41,396 nucleotides of DNA, from sequence record SRR20825010_911; one strand, written 5' to 3'. This document shows positions 27,096 through 37,638 of this stretch, piece after piece. The notes under the pieces are model-generated. The model searched no databases and was not told the DNA's origin. It saw only the letters and a list, made by a program, of their open reading frames with translations. How positions within the stretch are numbered: the first letter of the stretch is position 1; the number at the start of each line of letters is the position of its first letter. The position numbers and the translations under genes were made by a program.

Positions 27096-28724
27096 ATGGG
27101 CAAAGGATTTTTTCAAGTCCCCACGGCATACAACGAACCTATTAAAAGTTATGCCCCGGGCACTCCAGAGCGGGAAGAAGTACTAAAGCAATACAGTGCC
27201 TATTTCAATGGCAAGGCAGACATTCCAATGTACATTGGCGGAAAAGATATTAAAACTGGAAACACCAGAACTATTTCCCCTCCCCACGACCATCAGCACA
27301 TAGTTGGCCAGTACCATACTGCCAGCAAGGAAGATGTATCCAATGCTGTATCCAACGCTTTGGAAGCTAGGAAAAAATGGGCAGATTTGGAGTGGGAGCA
27401 ACGCGCTGCCATATTCCTAAAGGCCGCTGAATTGATTTCGGGACCATATAGGGCAAAGATCAATGCCGCAACTATGATTGCGCAATCAAAAAATATACAT
27501 CAGGCCGAAATTGATTCTGCCTGTGAACTTATAGATTTCCTTCGTTTCAACGTTGAATATATGTCGCAGATCTACGAGGAACAGCCAGATTCTGCGGAAG
27601 GTATTTGGAACAGGGTGGAATACCGACCTTTGGAAGGCTTCATCTACGCCATAACCCCATTTAATTTCACTGCAATTGCCGGAAACCTTCCAGCAAGTGC
27701 GGCAATGATGGGAAATGTGGTATTATGGAAACCTAGTGATAGTCAGGTGTTTTCTGCCAAGGTAATCGTGGACATCTTTAAGGAAGCCGGACTACCCGAT
27801 GGCGTTATCAATGTGGTTTACGGAGATCCTGTAATGATTACAAAAGTAGCATTGGACAGTCCAGATTTCGCCGGAATCCACTACACAGGATCCACCCATG
27901 TATTTAAGGAATTGTGGAAACAAATTGGAAACAATATCCACAAATACAAAACCTATCCTAGGATTGTAGGTGAAACTGGGGGCAAGGATTTTATAATTGC
28001 GCACCCTACCGCCAACACAAAACAGGTTGCAACTGCCATTGCGAGGGGAGCTTTTGAATTCCAAGGCCAGAAATGTAGTGCGGCCTCCAGGGTTTATCTT
28101 CCAAAATCCACATCCAAGGAAATATTGGAATACGTAAAGGCTGATGTAGAATCATTCAACAAACCTGGTTCTCCCGAGGATATGGGCAACTTTATTACGG
28201 CGGTTATCCATGAAGCTTCTTTTGACAAATTGGCAAAGTACATTGACCAGGCCAAAAAGGACAAGAATGCCGAAATTTATGTGGGCGGAAATTATGACAA
28301 ATCCAAGGGCTACTTTATAGAGCCTACCGTGATAGTAACCACCGACCCAAAATATACCACCATGGAAACCGAACTTTTCGGCCCTGTGGTCACTATTTAC
28401 GTGTATGAGGACAAGGATTGGTCCAAAACGCTTACCTTGGTAGATAGCACCTCCGAATATGCACTTACGGGTGCCGTACTCTCTGGGGATCGTTATTCTA
28501 TTGCCGAAGCAACCAAAGCATTACAGAACTGTGCCGGCAACTTTTATATTAATGACAAACCTACAGGTGCCGTTGTAGGACAGCAACCATTTGGTGGTGC
28601 ACGAGCTTCCGGCACCAATGACAAGGCTGGTTCCGCACAAAACCTTTTGCGTTGGGTTTCCCCTAGGCTTATAAAGGAAACTTTTGTTACTCCAGTAGAT
28701 TATAGATATCCATTCCTGGGATAA
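27096..28724 (+). CDS. pruA: L-glutamate gamma-semialdehyde (P5C) dehydrogenase
   Basis: AITPFNFTAI, GETGGK, FQGQKCSA, ELFGP, QQPFGGARASGTNDKAG; ATG 27096 preferred. Confidence 0.96.
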   Translation: MGKGFFQVPTAYNEPIKSYAPGTPEREEVLKQYSAYFNGKADIPMYIGGKDIKTGNTRTISPPHDHQHIVGQYHTASKEDVSNAVSNALEARKKWADLEWEQRAAIFLKAAELISGPYRAKINAATMIAQSKNIHQAEIDSACELIDFLRFNVEYMSQIYEEQPDSAEGIWNRVEYRPLEGFIYAITPFNFTAIAGNLPASAAMMGNVVLWKPSDSQVFSAKVIVDIFKEAGLPDGVINVVYGDPVMITKVALDSPDFAGIHYTGSTHVFKELWKQIGNNIHKYKTYPRIVGETGGKDFIIAHPTANTKQVATAIARGAFEFQGQKCSAASRVYLPKSTSKEILEYVKADVESFNKPGSPEDMGNFITAVIHEASFDKLAKYIDQAKKDKNAEIYVGGNYDKSKGYFIEPTVIVTTDPKYTTMETELFGPVVTIYVYEDKDWSKTLTLVDSTSEYALTGAVLSGDRYSIAEATKALQNCAGNFYINDKPTGAVVGQQPFGGARASGTNDKAGSAQNLLRWVSPRLIKETFVTPVDYRYPFLG

Positions 28725-28743
28725 GGGAATACAAATAAATAAA

Positions 28744-28780
28744 CAAGGCCCGTATTTGCTTAGTGCAGATACGGGCCTTG
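28744..28780 (+). terminator. Long stem-loop after pruA
   Basis: CAAGGCCCGTATTTGC-TTAGT-GCAGATACGGGCCTTG is a 16-bp stem with one U-G pair. Confidence 0.75.
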
Positions 28781-28992
28781 CCTATTATATAAATCCACTC
28801 GCTCTTAACAGTCATTTTACTCCTAAAGCCCTTAATTTGGGCAGACTAAAGCCATCAATTTCGGAATAATACCGGGCAAAAGGATAGATTTAACATAAAT
28901 TAAACCAGCTTTCACACAATTATAATGTAAATTTAACGTTAACTTATTGTAAATTTACAGTGAATTTAAAGTTAACTCTAAAGCCCAAAGTC

Positions 28993-29121
28993 ATGAAAGA
29001 AAGTATCGAAAACAAAACTCCGAAAAAATCGAAAAGTTTTTCATTTAGGAATATCCCCAATTACATTAAGGCATACGCCAAAACTTGTAGGGAGTCTTAT
29101 TACCACATGTTAAGTCTATAA
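28993..29121 (+). CDS. Putative 42-aa small protein (not in the ORF track)
   Basis: MKESIENKTPKKSKSFSFRNIPNYIKAYAKTCRESYYHMLSL; A-rich leader, upstream promoter-like repeats, stop 2 nt from the rsmG stop. Confidence 0.5.
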   Translation: MKESIENKTPKKSKSFSFRNIPNYIKAYAKTCRESYYHMLSL

Positions 29122-29123
29122 AA

Positions 29124-29759
29124 TTAGCCCTTAAATTTTACGGGTAAGTAAACCAATTTTTTGGTTTCAAAGAATTCCTCTTCAAATATTGCCGAAAGAT
29201 CATAGACTTCAACGGTACGGTATTCCTTTAATTCTTCTTCAAGATCCCCTCCTTTTAAATAGAGGATTCCATTCTTACGTTCGTGTTCGGATTTCTTTTT
29301 TATTTTCCCTTTCACCCAATGCGTAAATGTCGGCATTGCCGCTACTGCCCTACTAACAATAAAATCGAACTGCCCCTTAATCTCTTCAACTCTCGAATTA
29401 ACCGCGGTGACATTTTCAATTTCCAATCCCGCAACAACTTCCTGAACTACTTTGATCTTTTTTCCAATGGCATCAACCAGTGTAAAATGGGTCTCGGGAT
29501 ATAAAATGGCCAAGGGAATCCCAGGAAACCCACCTCCGGTTCCTACATCCAAAACTTCCGCCCCGGGATTAAATTTTTGAAACTTGGCAATTGCCAATGA
29601 ATGGAGCACATGTCGCAAATACAGCTCATCTATATCCTTTCTGGAGACTACATTTATCTTTACGTTCCAATCCTGGTACAAATGTTGCAATTTTTCAATT
29701 TGCTGTTTCTGCAAATCCGTTAAATCTGGAAAATATTTATAAATGATTGTGTAGTCCAT
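29124..29759 (-). CDS. rsmG: 16S rRNA m7G527 methyltransferase
   Basis: WNVKINVVSR, HVLHSL, LDVGTGGGFPGIPLAI, VSRAVA, LKGG. Confidence 0.97.
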   Translation of the reverse strand: MDYTIIYKYFPDLTDLQKQQIEKLQHLYQDWNVKINVVSRKDIDELYLRHVLHSLAIAKFQKFNPGAEVLDVGTGGGFPGIPLAILYPETHFTLVDAIGKKIKVVQEVVAGLEIENVTAVNSRVEEIKGQFDFIVSRAVAAMPTFTHWVKGKIKKKSEHERKNGILYLKGGDLEEELKEYRTVEVYDLSAIFEEEFFETKKLVYLPVKFKG

Positions 29760-29779
29760 TATGATTCGTTAAATTTTTG

Positions 29780-29787
29780 CAAAAATA
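29780..29787 (-). promoter_or_regulatory. -7 promoter element for rsmG
   Basis: Minus-strand TATTTTTG about 20 nt upstream of the ATG. Confidence 0.5.
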
Positions 29788-29875
29788 GCACTTTAATGGG
29801 CATGGCCTACGTTTTAACAAAGCAGTTATACATAATTTGGGCTGTATTTGCCTTATATTTACAAAAAATTAAATC

Positions 29876-30979
29876 ATGGACAATAAACCCATAAGATTTT
29901 CAAGAAAAGACTCTGCACAGTTTTTCAAAACCCTAAATAAGCGTGTTAATGATTATTTCAAGGAAAACAACCTTAAAAAAACAGGGAACTGGAAATTGCA
30001 CTTAAAAACCGCAGTAATGTTTGCCTTATTTTTGGCCCCCTATTTTCTAATCCTAACCCTAGGGCTTCCAAATTGGGCGAATTTATTGCTCACCATTACT
30101 ATGGGAGTGGGCATGGCCGGAGTTGGGATGAATGTAATGCACGATGGAAATCACGGTTCCTATTCCAATAAAAAATGGGTAAACAAACTCATGGGCGGAA
30201 GTATCTACATCCTGGCGGGTAACGTTTACAACTGGCAGGTTCAACACAACGTATTGCACCACACCTACACCAATATCCACGAACACGATGAGGATTTGGA
30301 AGCAGGAAGGATCCTGAGGTTTTCAAAGCATGCCAAATGGCACAGATTCCATAAATTTCAACATTTTTACTCCATCTTCCTTTATGGCCTTCTTACATTT
30401 AACTGGGCCATAACCACGGATTTTCAACAGATGTACCGCTATACCAAAAGAAAATTGGCCTATGGCAAGTTCCCTAATCCGTTTATGAACTGGAGTATGC
30501 TGGTTGTAACCAAGCTTATATATCTAACCATCTGGATCGTGTTACCAATGGTATTTCTAGATGTTGCGTGGTGGAAAATTCTTTTAGGATTTTTCATAAT
30601 GCATTATGTTGCAGGAGTAATTCTGAGCGTAGTTTTTCAATTGGCACATGTTGTGGACGAAGCGGAAACGCCACTTCCAGAGAAGGACGGTACTATGAAA
30701 AATACTTGGGCCATCCATCAATTGTTCACTACTGTAAACTTTGGCACTAAAAACCGTATAGTAAACTGGTTTACAGGAGGTTTAAACCATCAGGTGGAAC
30801 ATCATATTTTCCCAAATATTAGTCATATACATTACACAAAAATTGCCAAAATTGTTAAAGAGACTGCAAATGAGTTTAATTTGCCGTACAACGAATATAA
30901 AACTACAAGAAAAGCTATAATTTCGCACTTCAAACATCTAAAGGAACTGGGCAAAAAACCCAAATTTCAATATCAGTAA
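29876..30979 (+). CDS. Membrane fatty acid (acyl-CoA) desaturase
   Basis: His boxes HDGNH, HNVLHH and QVEHH; TM segments. Confidence 0.95.
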   Translation: MDNKPIRFSRKDSAQFFKTLNKRVNDYFKENNLKKTGNWKLHLKTAVMFALFLAPYFLILTLGLPNWANLLLTITMGVGMAGVGMNVMHDGNHGSYSNKKWVNKLMGGSIYILAGNVYNWQVQHNVLHHTYTNIHEHDEDLEAGRILRFSKHAKWHRFHKFQHFYSIFLYGLLTFNWAITTDFQQMYRYTKRKLAYGKFPNPFMNWSMLVVTKLIYLTIWIVLPMVFLDVAWWKILLGFFIMHYVAGVILSVVFQLAHVVDEAETPLPEKDGTMKNTWAIHQLFTTVNFGTKNRIVNWFTGGLNHQVEHHIFPNISHIHYTKIAKIVKETANEFNLPYNEYKTTRKAIISHFKHLKELGKKPKFQYQ

Positions 30980-30993
30980 ATTATAATATACAA

Positions 30994-32178
30994 ATGAAGA
31001 ACCATTTATCCGATAGGATCAATTCCATGTCCACCTCGGCCACATTGGCTATGGCCGCTAAAGCCAGAGAATTAAAAAATGAAGGTAAAGATATCATTGG
31101 CTTAAGTCTTGGGGAACCTGACTTTAATATCCCTGATTTCATCAAGGAAGCTGCCAAAGAGGCCATAGACCAAAATTACAGCAGTTATTCCCCGGTGGAC
31201 GGCTATGCCGATTTAAAGCAGGCCATTGCCAATAAATTTAAACGGGACAATGGACTTACTTACGGCCTTAACCAGATTGTAGTCTCTACAGGAGCAAAAC
31301 AATCCTTGGCAAATATTGCTATGGTTATGCTCAATGATGGTGACGAGGTTATTCTACCAGCTCCTTATTGGGTAAGTTATAGCGATATTGTGAAATTGGC
31401 CCAAGGTGTGCCCGTAGAAGTACCTACAAGCATTGACACCGATTTTAAGATGACTCCGGAACAATTGGAGAAGGCCATTACGCCTAAGACCAAAATGATG
31501 TGGTTCAGCTCTCCATGTAATCCAAGTGGATCTGTTTACAACCAGGAAGAGTTGGAAGGTTTGGCCAAAGTATTGAGAAAGCATCCCAACATTTTTGTGG
31601 TATCGGATGAAATATATGAACATATCAATTTTAGAGGAGGACATGTAAGTATTGCCAATATAGAAGGCATGTACGATCGAACCATTACGGTAAACGGTGT
31701 TTCCAAGGCATTTGCTATGACCGGATGGCGTATTGGATATATAGGAGGTCCGGATTGGATTGCCAAGGCCTGTACCAAATTTCAGGGCCAGATTACCAGT
31801 GGTGCCAATTCTATTGCCCAACGTGCAACCATAGCTGCTCTTAATGCCCCGATTTCCTCCATTAAATTTATGATCGACGAATTCCATAAGAGACGCGATC
31901 TTGTCTTGGAACTATTGGGAGAAATAAAAGGATTTAACCTTAATGTCCCTGAGGGAGCATTTTATGTATTTCCCGATATCTCCAGCTTCTTTGGAAAAAC
32001 AATTAATGGTACATTGATCAATAATGCTTCCGATTTTGCGCTTTACCTTTTGGAAAAGGCAAATGTAGCTACCGTAACCGGTGAAGCTTTTGGAAATGAT
32101 AATTGCATACGTATTTCCTACGCGGCTTCAGAGAAGGAACTAAGGGAAGCAATGGCCAGAATAAAGGCAGTCTTATAA
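30994..32178 (+). CDS. PLP-dependent class I aminotransferase (aspartate aminotransferase-like)
   Basis: GEPDF, PCNPSG, SDEIY, SKAFAMTGWRIG, RISYA. Confidence 0.95.
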   Translation: MKNHLSDRINSMSTSATLAMAAKARELKNEGKDIIGLSLGEPDFNIPDFIKEAAKEAIDQNYSSYSPVDGYADLKQAIANKFKRDNGLTYGLNQIVVSTGAKQSLANIAMVMLNDGDEVILPAPYWVSYSDIVKLAQGVPVEVPTSIDTDFKMTPEQLEKAITPKTKMMWFSSPCNPSGSVYNQEELEGLAKVLRKHPNIFVVSDEIYEHINFRGGHVSIANIEGMYDRTITVNGVSKAFAMTGWRIGYIGGPDWIAKACTKFQGQITSGANSIAQRATIAALNAPISSIKFMIDEFHKRRDLVLELLGEIKGFNLNVPEGAFYVFPDISSFFGKTINGTLINNASDFALYLLEKANVATVTGEAFGNDNCIRISYAASEKELREAMARIKAVL

Positions 32179-32194
32179 TACAGACTTTAGTCTT

Positions 32195-32233
32195 AAAAAA
32201 AATGGACGTCGGTTAGGACGTCCATTTTTTTTT
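32195..32233. terminator. Bidirectional intrinsic terminator
   Basis: A8-TGGACGTC-ggttag-GACGTCCA-T9 between the convergent aminotransferase and trkH genes. Confidence 0.9.
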
Positions 32234-32249
32234 ACTTTTTTTTAATATT

Positions 32250-33740
32250 CTAAGTACGCTTCCAAAAATAGGGAGAAAACAGAATCAATACTGTGAATAA
32301 CTCCAACCTACCCAAGAGCATTAGAAAACCACACCACCATTTCCCCAGGGCCGGAAGGCTATTAAAATTGACCAACGGATTTAAAGTACCCAAGGCCGGA
32401 CCTACATTCCCCAGCGAGGAGGCTGCCCCCCCAATGGCACTTTCAAAGTCCAACCCCAGTGCACCAAGCACCAAGGATCCAATGATAAATAACAACATAT
32501 AGAGTACAAAAAATGCAATTATATTGTACACGATGTGTTCGGGTACCGTCTTGTTATTATAGCGAACAGGAATAACGGCATTGGTATGTAGGGTACGCTT
32601 AAATTCCAACAGGCCATTTTTGATGATTAGCAAATGCCTCATCACCTTGATGCCCCCTGCGGTTGAACCAGCAGAACCCCCAAGGAAAAACAGTCCAAAA
32701 AAGAATATGGTCAAAAAAGGCGTCCAGGAAGTAAAATCGGCAGTAACAAAGCCTGTTGTCGTAATAACCGAGACCACTTGAAACAAGGTATGTCTAAAGG
32801 CACTTTCCCCCTCTCCCAAAACCATAGGATGAAAATTGGACATCGGTACATTGGCCTGAAAATAAACAACCAAACTGGCCACTATGGTAAAGCAAAAAAT
32901 AAAAATGGAATAGAATTTAAATTCCTCATCCATTATCACTTTTTGCACCTTGCCCTTAAAGGCATAATAGCTTAATACGAAGTTGCTACCGGCTAAAAAC
33001 ATGAACAAAATAACAATATATTGTATTAAAGGTTGATCGTTCCAATAAGCCATACTGGCGTTTTTGGTAGAAAAACCTCCAGTGGAAAGGGTTGCCAAAG
33101 AATGGTTTACTGCATCAAAAAAAGACATTCCGGCCAATTTCAACAATAGGGTCTCGGCCACGGTATAGCTAAAGTAAATCAACCAAAGTCGCTTGGCTGT
33201 ATCCGTAATCCTTGGATGTAATTTGTCCCCACTTGGCCCAGGAGCCTCAGCGGCAAACAATTGCATTCCCCCAATACCCAATAAAGGCAAAATAGCAATT
33301 GCAAGAACTATAATCCCCATCCCACCTATCCAATGGGTTAAACTCCTCCACAATAGGATCCCTTCCGGTAAAACCTCTATATCGTCCACCACCGAAGCAC
33401 CAGTAGTAGTATACCCGGACATAGTCTCAAAAAAGGCGTTCGTGATGTCTGGAATGGCCCCTGAAAAAAGATAGGGCAACATCCCCGAGGCGGACATGAC
33501 CAACCAACCAAAAGTAACAATGATGTATCCTTCCTTTCGCTTAACCTCTTTTTTGTGGTTTCGCGTATAGAACATGGCCAAAACACCAACAAGCATGGTA
33601 ACCACTGCCGCTAGGGTAATATCCAAGGTAGCTCCATCATCATAGACTCCACTTACCACTGCAGCCAAAATCATAAAAAAACCATTACAAAGTAATAGCA
33701 ATCCCATGAGGTGAAAGATAATTTTCGAATTTAAGCCCAT
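32250..33740 (-). CDS. trkH: Trk potassium uptake membrane protein
   Basis: Pore motifs SGYTTTG, STGGFS, TTTGF, SSLGNVGP; GGIKVMR, LGRLE; ATG 33740 lies 1 nt after the trkA stop. Confidence 0.95.
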   Translation of the reverse strand: MGLNSKIIFHLMGLLLLCNGFFMILAAVVSGVYDDGATLDITLAAVVTMLVGVLAMFYTRNHKKEVKRKEGYIIVTFGWLVMSASGMLPYLFSGAIPDITNAFFETMSGYTTTGASVVDDIEVLPEGILLWRSLTHWIGGMGIIVLAIAILPLLGIGGMQLFAAEAPGPSGDKLHPRITDTAKRLWLIYFSYTVAETLLLKLAGMSFFDAVNHSLATLSTGGFSTKNASMAYWNDQPLIQYIVILFMFLAGSNFVLSYYAFKGKVQKVIMDEEFKFYSIFIFCFTIVASLVVYFQANVPMSNFHPMVLGEGESAFRHTLFQVVSVITTTGFVTADFTSWTPFLTIFFFGLFFLGGSAGSTAGGIKVMRHLLIIKNGLLEFKRTLHTNAVIPVRYNNKTVPEHIVYNIIAFFVLYMLLFIIGSLVLGALGLDFESAIGGAASSLGNVGPALGTLNPLVNFNSLPALGKWWCGFLMLLGRLELFTVLILFSPYFWKRT

Positions 33741-33741
33741 A

Positions 33742-35091
33742 CTAAAGGAATAGCTTTTCAATTTTCGGAATGGCACTTGGCAAACAACACACCACTACCC
33801 TATCGCCTTCTGTAATTCTAAAACCCCCTAAGGCAATAATCCCTTGATTATCGCGGATTACCCCTCCAATGGTAGCTTCCTCGGGAAATTCTAGCTCCCT
33901 AATTATTTGTCCGTTCACCTGCGATGTTGGCTTAACAATGAATTCTAAAATCTCTGCATTTAAATTATTCAGCCTGGTCATCGCTACAATTTCACCTTTG
34001 CGGATATGCCTGAAGATATTATTCGCAGCCAATAGCTTTTTATTTAGCAGGGTATCTATTCCTATGGAGTGTGATAATTGAAAATAATCCATATTCTCCA
34101 CTAGGGCAATTGTTTTTTTAACATTTTTGGATTTGGCAACCAAGCAAGACATTATATTCGTTTCAGAATTTCCGGTAACAGCCACGAAAGCATCCATGGC
34201 CTCCAAATTTTCCTCTTCCAAAAGCTCTACATTTCTACCATCACCATTAATGATGAGGGCATTGGGCAGCTCATCTGCCAAATCGAAAGCCTTTTCCTTA
34301 CTTTTCTCAATAAGCTTTACGTTAAACTTATTTCTGCAAAGATCACGGGCGGTTTTAAAGCCTACCTTACTACCGCCAAGTATCATCACGTTTTTGATTT
34401 CCTTCTTCTCCTTCCCGGTGAGTTTGTACAGTTCATCCAAGCCCTCTCTGGAAGTTATAAAATACACCTGATCATTATCCTTAAAAACAGTATCGCCCCT
34501 TGGCACTATTGTGTATTGGGTACCCATCCTTTGAATGGCGATGGGCATAAAATGTAGTTCAGAAAAAATCTGGGCTGCCTCCTTTACCGTCTTTCCTACA
34601 AAAGGTGCGGTACTCGGCAAGGATACACCCACCATAATCAGAAGACCTTCCTCAAATTCGTAAGTATTGTTAAATGCAGATTGATTCAACAATAGTTGAA
34701 TTTCGGTAGCTGCCAAAGCCTCCGGAGAAATAAGCTCATCTATACCCAAGTCCGGAAACCTAATGGCTTCCTTGTTATGAATAAATTCAGCGTTGGAGAT
34801 CCGGGCTATGGTACGCTTACATCCCAATTGTTTTGCCAACATGCACAAAGTAATATTAGTGGTCTCCGAAGAGGTTACTCCAATAACCAGATCGGATCTC
34901 TCTACCTGAGCATCCTTTAAAATGGCAATGGAAGTAGCATCTCCCCTAAGCACCCTAATATCCAAATGACTGTCTGCATAAGATAAACTATCCTTATTAC
35001 TATCTATCAGAGTAATATCCTGGGATTCGTAGGACAGTAATTTGGCCAAATGAAAACCTACTTCACCAGCCCCTGCAATAATAATTTTCAT
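33742..35091 (-). CDS. trkA: Trk potassium uptake NAD-binding subunit
   Basis: Two RCK units: MKIIIAGAGEVG and VMILGGSKVG. Confidence 0.96.
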   Translation of the reverse strand: MKIIIAGAGEVGFHLAKLLSYESQDITLIDSNKDSLSYADSHLDIRVLRGDATSIAILKDAQVERSDLVIGVTSSETTNITLCMLAKQLGCKRTIARISNAEFIHNKEAIRFPDLGIDELISPEALAATEIQLLLNQSAFNNTYEFEEGLLIMVGVSLPSTAPFVGKTVKEAAQIFSELHFMPIAIQRMGTQYTIVPRGDTVFKDNDQVYFITSREGLDELYKLTGKEKKEIKNVMILGGSKVGFKTARDLCRNKFNVKLIEKSKEKAFDLADELPNALIINGDGRNVELLEEENLEAMDAFVAVTGNSETNIMSCLVAKSKNVKKTIALVENMDYFQLSHSIGIDTLLNKKLLAANNIFRHIRKGEIVAMTRLNNLNAEILEFIVKPTSQVNGQIIRELEFPEEATIGGVIRDNQGIIALGGFRITEGDRVVVCCLPSAIPKIEKLFL

Positions 35092-35310
35092 CTGTTATAT
35101 AAATTGTTTTTCATCAATCGAAGTACACAATATTTAATGGTTAATCCTGTGTTGTTATAGTTTTACACCCCAAGTATCCTAAATTTAATTATAAACCAAA
35201 TCTATTTCCTTTGTACAACTCCTTTTCGAATTCCGAATCAATCCATTTTTCCCATATAGGAAAGAAGCTTGCTAAATCATATTTCAATTAAAATCTGACT
35301 GTAAGCGCGA

Positions 35311-35318
35311 CAAAATTA
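35311..35318 (-). promoter_or_regulatory. -7 promoter element upstream of trkA
   Basis: Minus-strand TAATTTTG. Confidence 0.35.
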
Positions 35319-35435
35319 CATAATTAAATTGGGTTGTATTCTAAAATACACCAGTTAAGCAGATAGAGGTCATCTCTTATTGTAAAAATTAGAAGTAAAT
35401 CTTTAGGTCTATATAGTATCTTTACCAAAAATTTA

Positions 35436-36170
35436 ATGATTATGGATAAAAAGGTGACCCCTTATAAAGATTCAACGCTAGGCAAAAAGGAACAGGTTAC
35501 AAAAATGTTTGATACCATTTCTGGAAATTACGATGGACTTAACAGGGTTATATCCTTTGGAATTGATATTAGATGGCGAAAGCGCGTAGTATCCATAGTC
35601 TCAGAAAAAAAACCTGCGAAAATTTTGGACATTGCTACCGGAACGGGCGACTTGGCCATTAACATGACCAAAACAGGGGCCAAAGAGATTATCGGCTTGG
35701 ATATTTCTCCAGGAATGTTGGAAGTTGGCAAAAGAAAAATTTTGGAAAAAAAACTGGGGGAAACTATCAAAATGATTGTTGGTGATAGTGAAAATCTGCC
35801 CTTTGAAAACAATTCCTTTGATGCCATTACAGTTGCCTTTGGAGTACGGAATTTTGAAAATCTTGAAAAAGGACTCAAGGAAATATATCGGGTCCTAAAG
35901 CCAGGAGGCTCATTTGTAGTTCTTGAAACCTCCATTCCCACAAAAACGCCCTTCAAACAAGGTTATAAATTCTACACCAAATTCATACTGCCGGCCATTG
36001 GAAAATTATTTTCCAAAGATCGCAGTGCCTATGCCTATTTATCCGAATCCGCAGCTGCCTTCCCCCATGGAAAACAGTTCAACAATATTTTGGCAAAAAT
36101 TGGGTTTATAGGTATAGACAATAGACCCCAAACATTTGGGGTTGCCTCTATTTACGTAGCTACAAAGTAA
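35436..36170 (+). CDS. ubiE: Demethylmenaquinone methyltransferase UbiE/MenG
   Basis: [36 protein letters not shown]. Confidence 0.95.
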   Translation: MIMDKKVTPYKDSTLGKKEQVTKMFDTISGNYDGLNRVISFGIDIRWRKRVVSIVSEKKPAKILDIATGTGDLAINMTKTGAKEIIGLDISPGMLEVGKRKILEKKLGETIKMIVGDSENLPFENNSFDAITVAFGVRNFENLEKGLKEIYRVLKPGGSFVVLETSIPTKTPFKQGYKFYTKFILPAIGKLFSKDRSAYAYLSESAAAFPHGKQFNNILAKIGFIGIDNRPQTFGVASIYVATK

Positions 36171-36173
36171 AAT

Positions 36174-36869
36174 ATGAAAAATATTTTTGTTCTTTTTATT
36201 GCTTTTTGTACTCTGGGCAACACGGCCATGGCCCAGTTTAATGAAAAACCCGTAATGAACCTTGAAAATGAGGACAAGCCATTACTAAATTGGGGATATT
36301 TTTTAGGCTTCAATCAATATGACTTTAAATTTGAATACAAAGACGATCTACCCGATATTCTGGTGGACAAATCATTTGGATTTAACGTAGGGCTGATCGG
36401 GGAACTGCGACTTAACAAATTTTTGGATCTTCGCTTCGAACCTGGATTGCACTACAACCAGAGAAATTTGGGCTTTCCAGGGTTTGATAACGAAAGGGAT
36501 GCCATAAGGGAGGTAAAATCGACCTATATAAATTTTCCCTTGCTCCTAAAGGTCAGCACCCTAAGACTGGGGAATTGGAAACCATTTCTGGTTGGCGGGG
36601 CGTCAACCTCATTAAACCTGGGCAGTAATGAACAAAGTTTGGACGACAACAGCAGCGCCACTTTCCGAATGAAAAAGACCACCTATTATTACGAAATGGG
36701 TTTTGGGATCGATTTCTATTTGGAATATTTCAAGTTCACTCCCTCTATCCGCGGAGTTTTTGCCATTAATGATGAATTGGTACGTGATAATGACCCCAAT
36801 AGCCCATGGACTGGCAATGTTGAAGCAATGATGACCAGGGGACTTTTTATCAATTTTACCTTTGAGTAA
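36174..36869 (+). CDS. porT: Type IX secretion/gliding outer-membrane protein PorT/SprT
   Basis: Signal peptide; WGYFLGFN, GFNVGLIG, LRFEPG, GIDFYLEYFKFTPSIRG, terminal FTFE; position after ubiE. Confidence 0.88.
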   Translation: MKNIFVLFIAFCTLGNTAMAQFNEKPVMNLENEDKPLLNWGYFLGFNQYDFKFEYKDDLPDILVDKSFGFNVGLIGELRLNKFLDLRFEPGLHYNQRNLGFPGFDNERDAIREVKSTYINFPLLLKVSTLRLGNWKPFLVGGASTSLNLGSNEQSLDDNSSATFRMKKTTYYYEMGFGIDFYLEYFKFTPSIRGVFAINDELVRDNDPNSPWTGNVEAMMTRGLFINFTFE

Positions 36870-36873
36870 AGAA

Positions 36874-37596
36874 TTATCCCCTTCTAATTTCGTTCAACAA
36901 AATGGCAGTGGCTGTTGCCACATTTAAACTTTCAGTAGTTTTGGGCCCGAACTGTGGAATGCTAATTTTTTTCTCAACCAAGGCCTCAATGGCTTCCGAC
37001 ACCCCATTGGCCTCATTCCCCATTACCAATATTCCCCTTTTGGGAAATTTTTCCTTATAAACCTCTACACCATCCATAAACGCACCGTACACTGCAACCT
37101 CGGAATTGCTGAAAATCCTTTTCAAATCTCCGTACACAATATTTACCCTGGTTATGGATCCCATAGTTGCCTGAAGAACTTTAGGATTATAGCAATCCAC
37201 GGAATTGGATGAACATAGTAGGCTCTTGATCCCAAACCAATCGCAAAGACGAATAATAGTACCCATATTTCCAGGGTCCCGAACATCGTCCAAAGCAATG
37301 ATCCAATCAGAAAAATCCAATGGCTCGGGTACCGGAAAATGAAATACGCCCAAGACCTTATTTGGAGTGGACAATCCGCTCATTTTTTTCAATTCCCCCT
37401 CACTTATCACCTCAACAAAGTCTCCCTTAAACTCCAACACGGTGCTGTCCGTAACATATATTCTATAGACCTTCAGGGAAGAATTAAGCAGTTCCCGAAC
37501 TGTCTTTATCCCCTCCACCACAAACAACTTGTTTTGCGTTCGGTACTTTTTTTGCTGTAAATTTTTTATAAATTTTATTTGGCTTTTAACAACCAT
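36874..37596 (-). CDS. TrmH/SpoU family RNA methyltransferase
   Basis: DVRDPGNMGTIIR, MGNEANG, ESLNVATA; ATG 37596 preferred. Confidence 0.93.
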   Translation of the reverse strand: MVVKSQIKFIKNLQQKKYRTQNKLFVVEGIKTVRELLNSSLKVYRIYVTDSTVLEFKGDFVEVISEGELKKMSGLSTPNKVLGVFHFPVPEPLDFSDWIIALDDVRDPGNMGTIIRLCDWFGIKSLLCSSNSVDCYNPKVLQATMGSITRVNIVYGDLKRIFSNSEVAVYGAFMDGVEVYKEKFPKRGILVMGNEANGVSEAIEALVEKKISIPQFGPKTTESLNVATATAILLNEIRRG

Positions 37597-37638
37597 ACAA
37601 ATAATGTATTTTTGACTTCTATGAGGACACGGCCGTGT

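Noticed and set aside
31354-31887. 177-aa antisense ORF and the many other 60-143 aa ORFs nested in long genes
   Set aside because: Shadow frames of well-supported genes with no independent coding signal
33741-33776. Extended N-termini in the ORF track for trkH (likewise apaG, pruA, the TrmH gene and tamL)
   Set aside because: Downstream ATGs give family-typical N-termini and avoid overlaps
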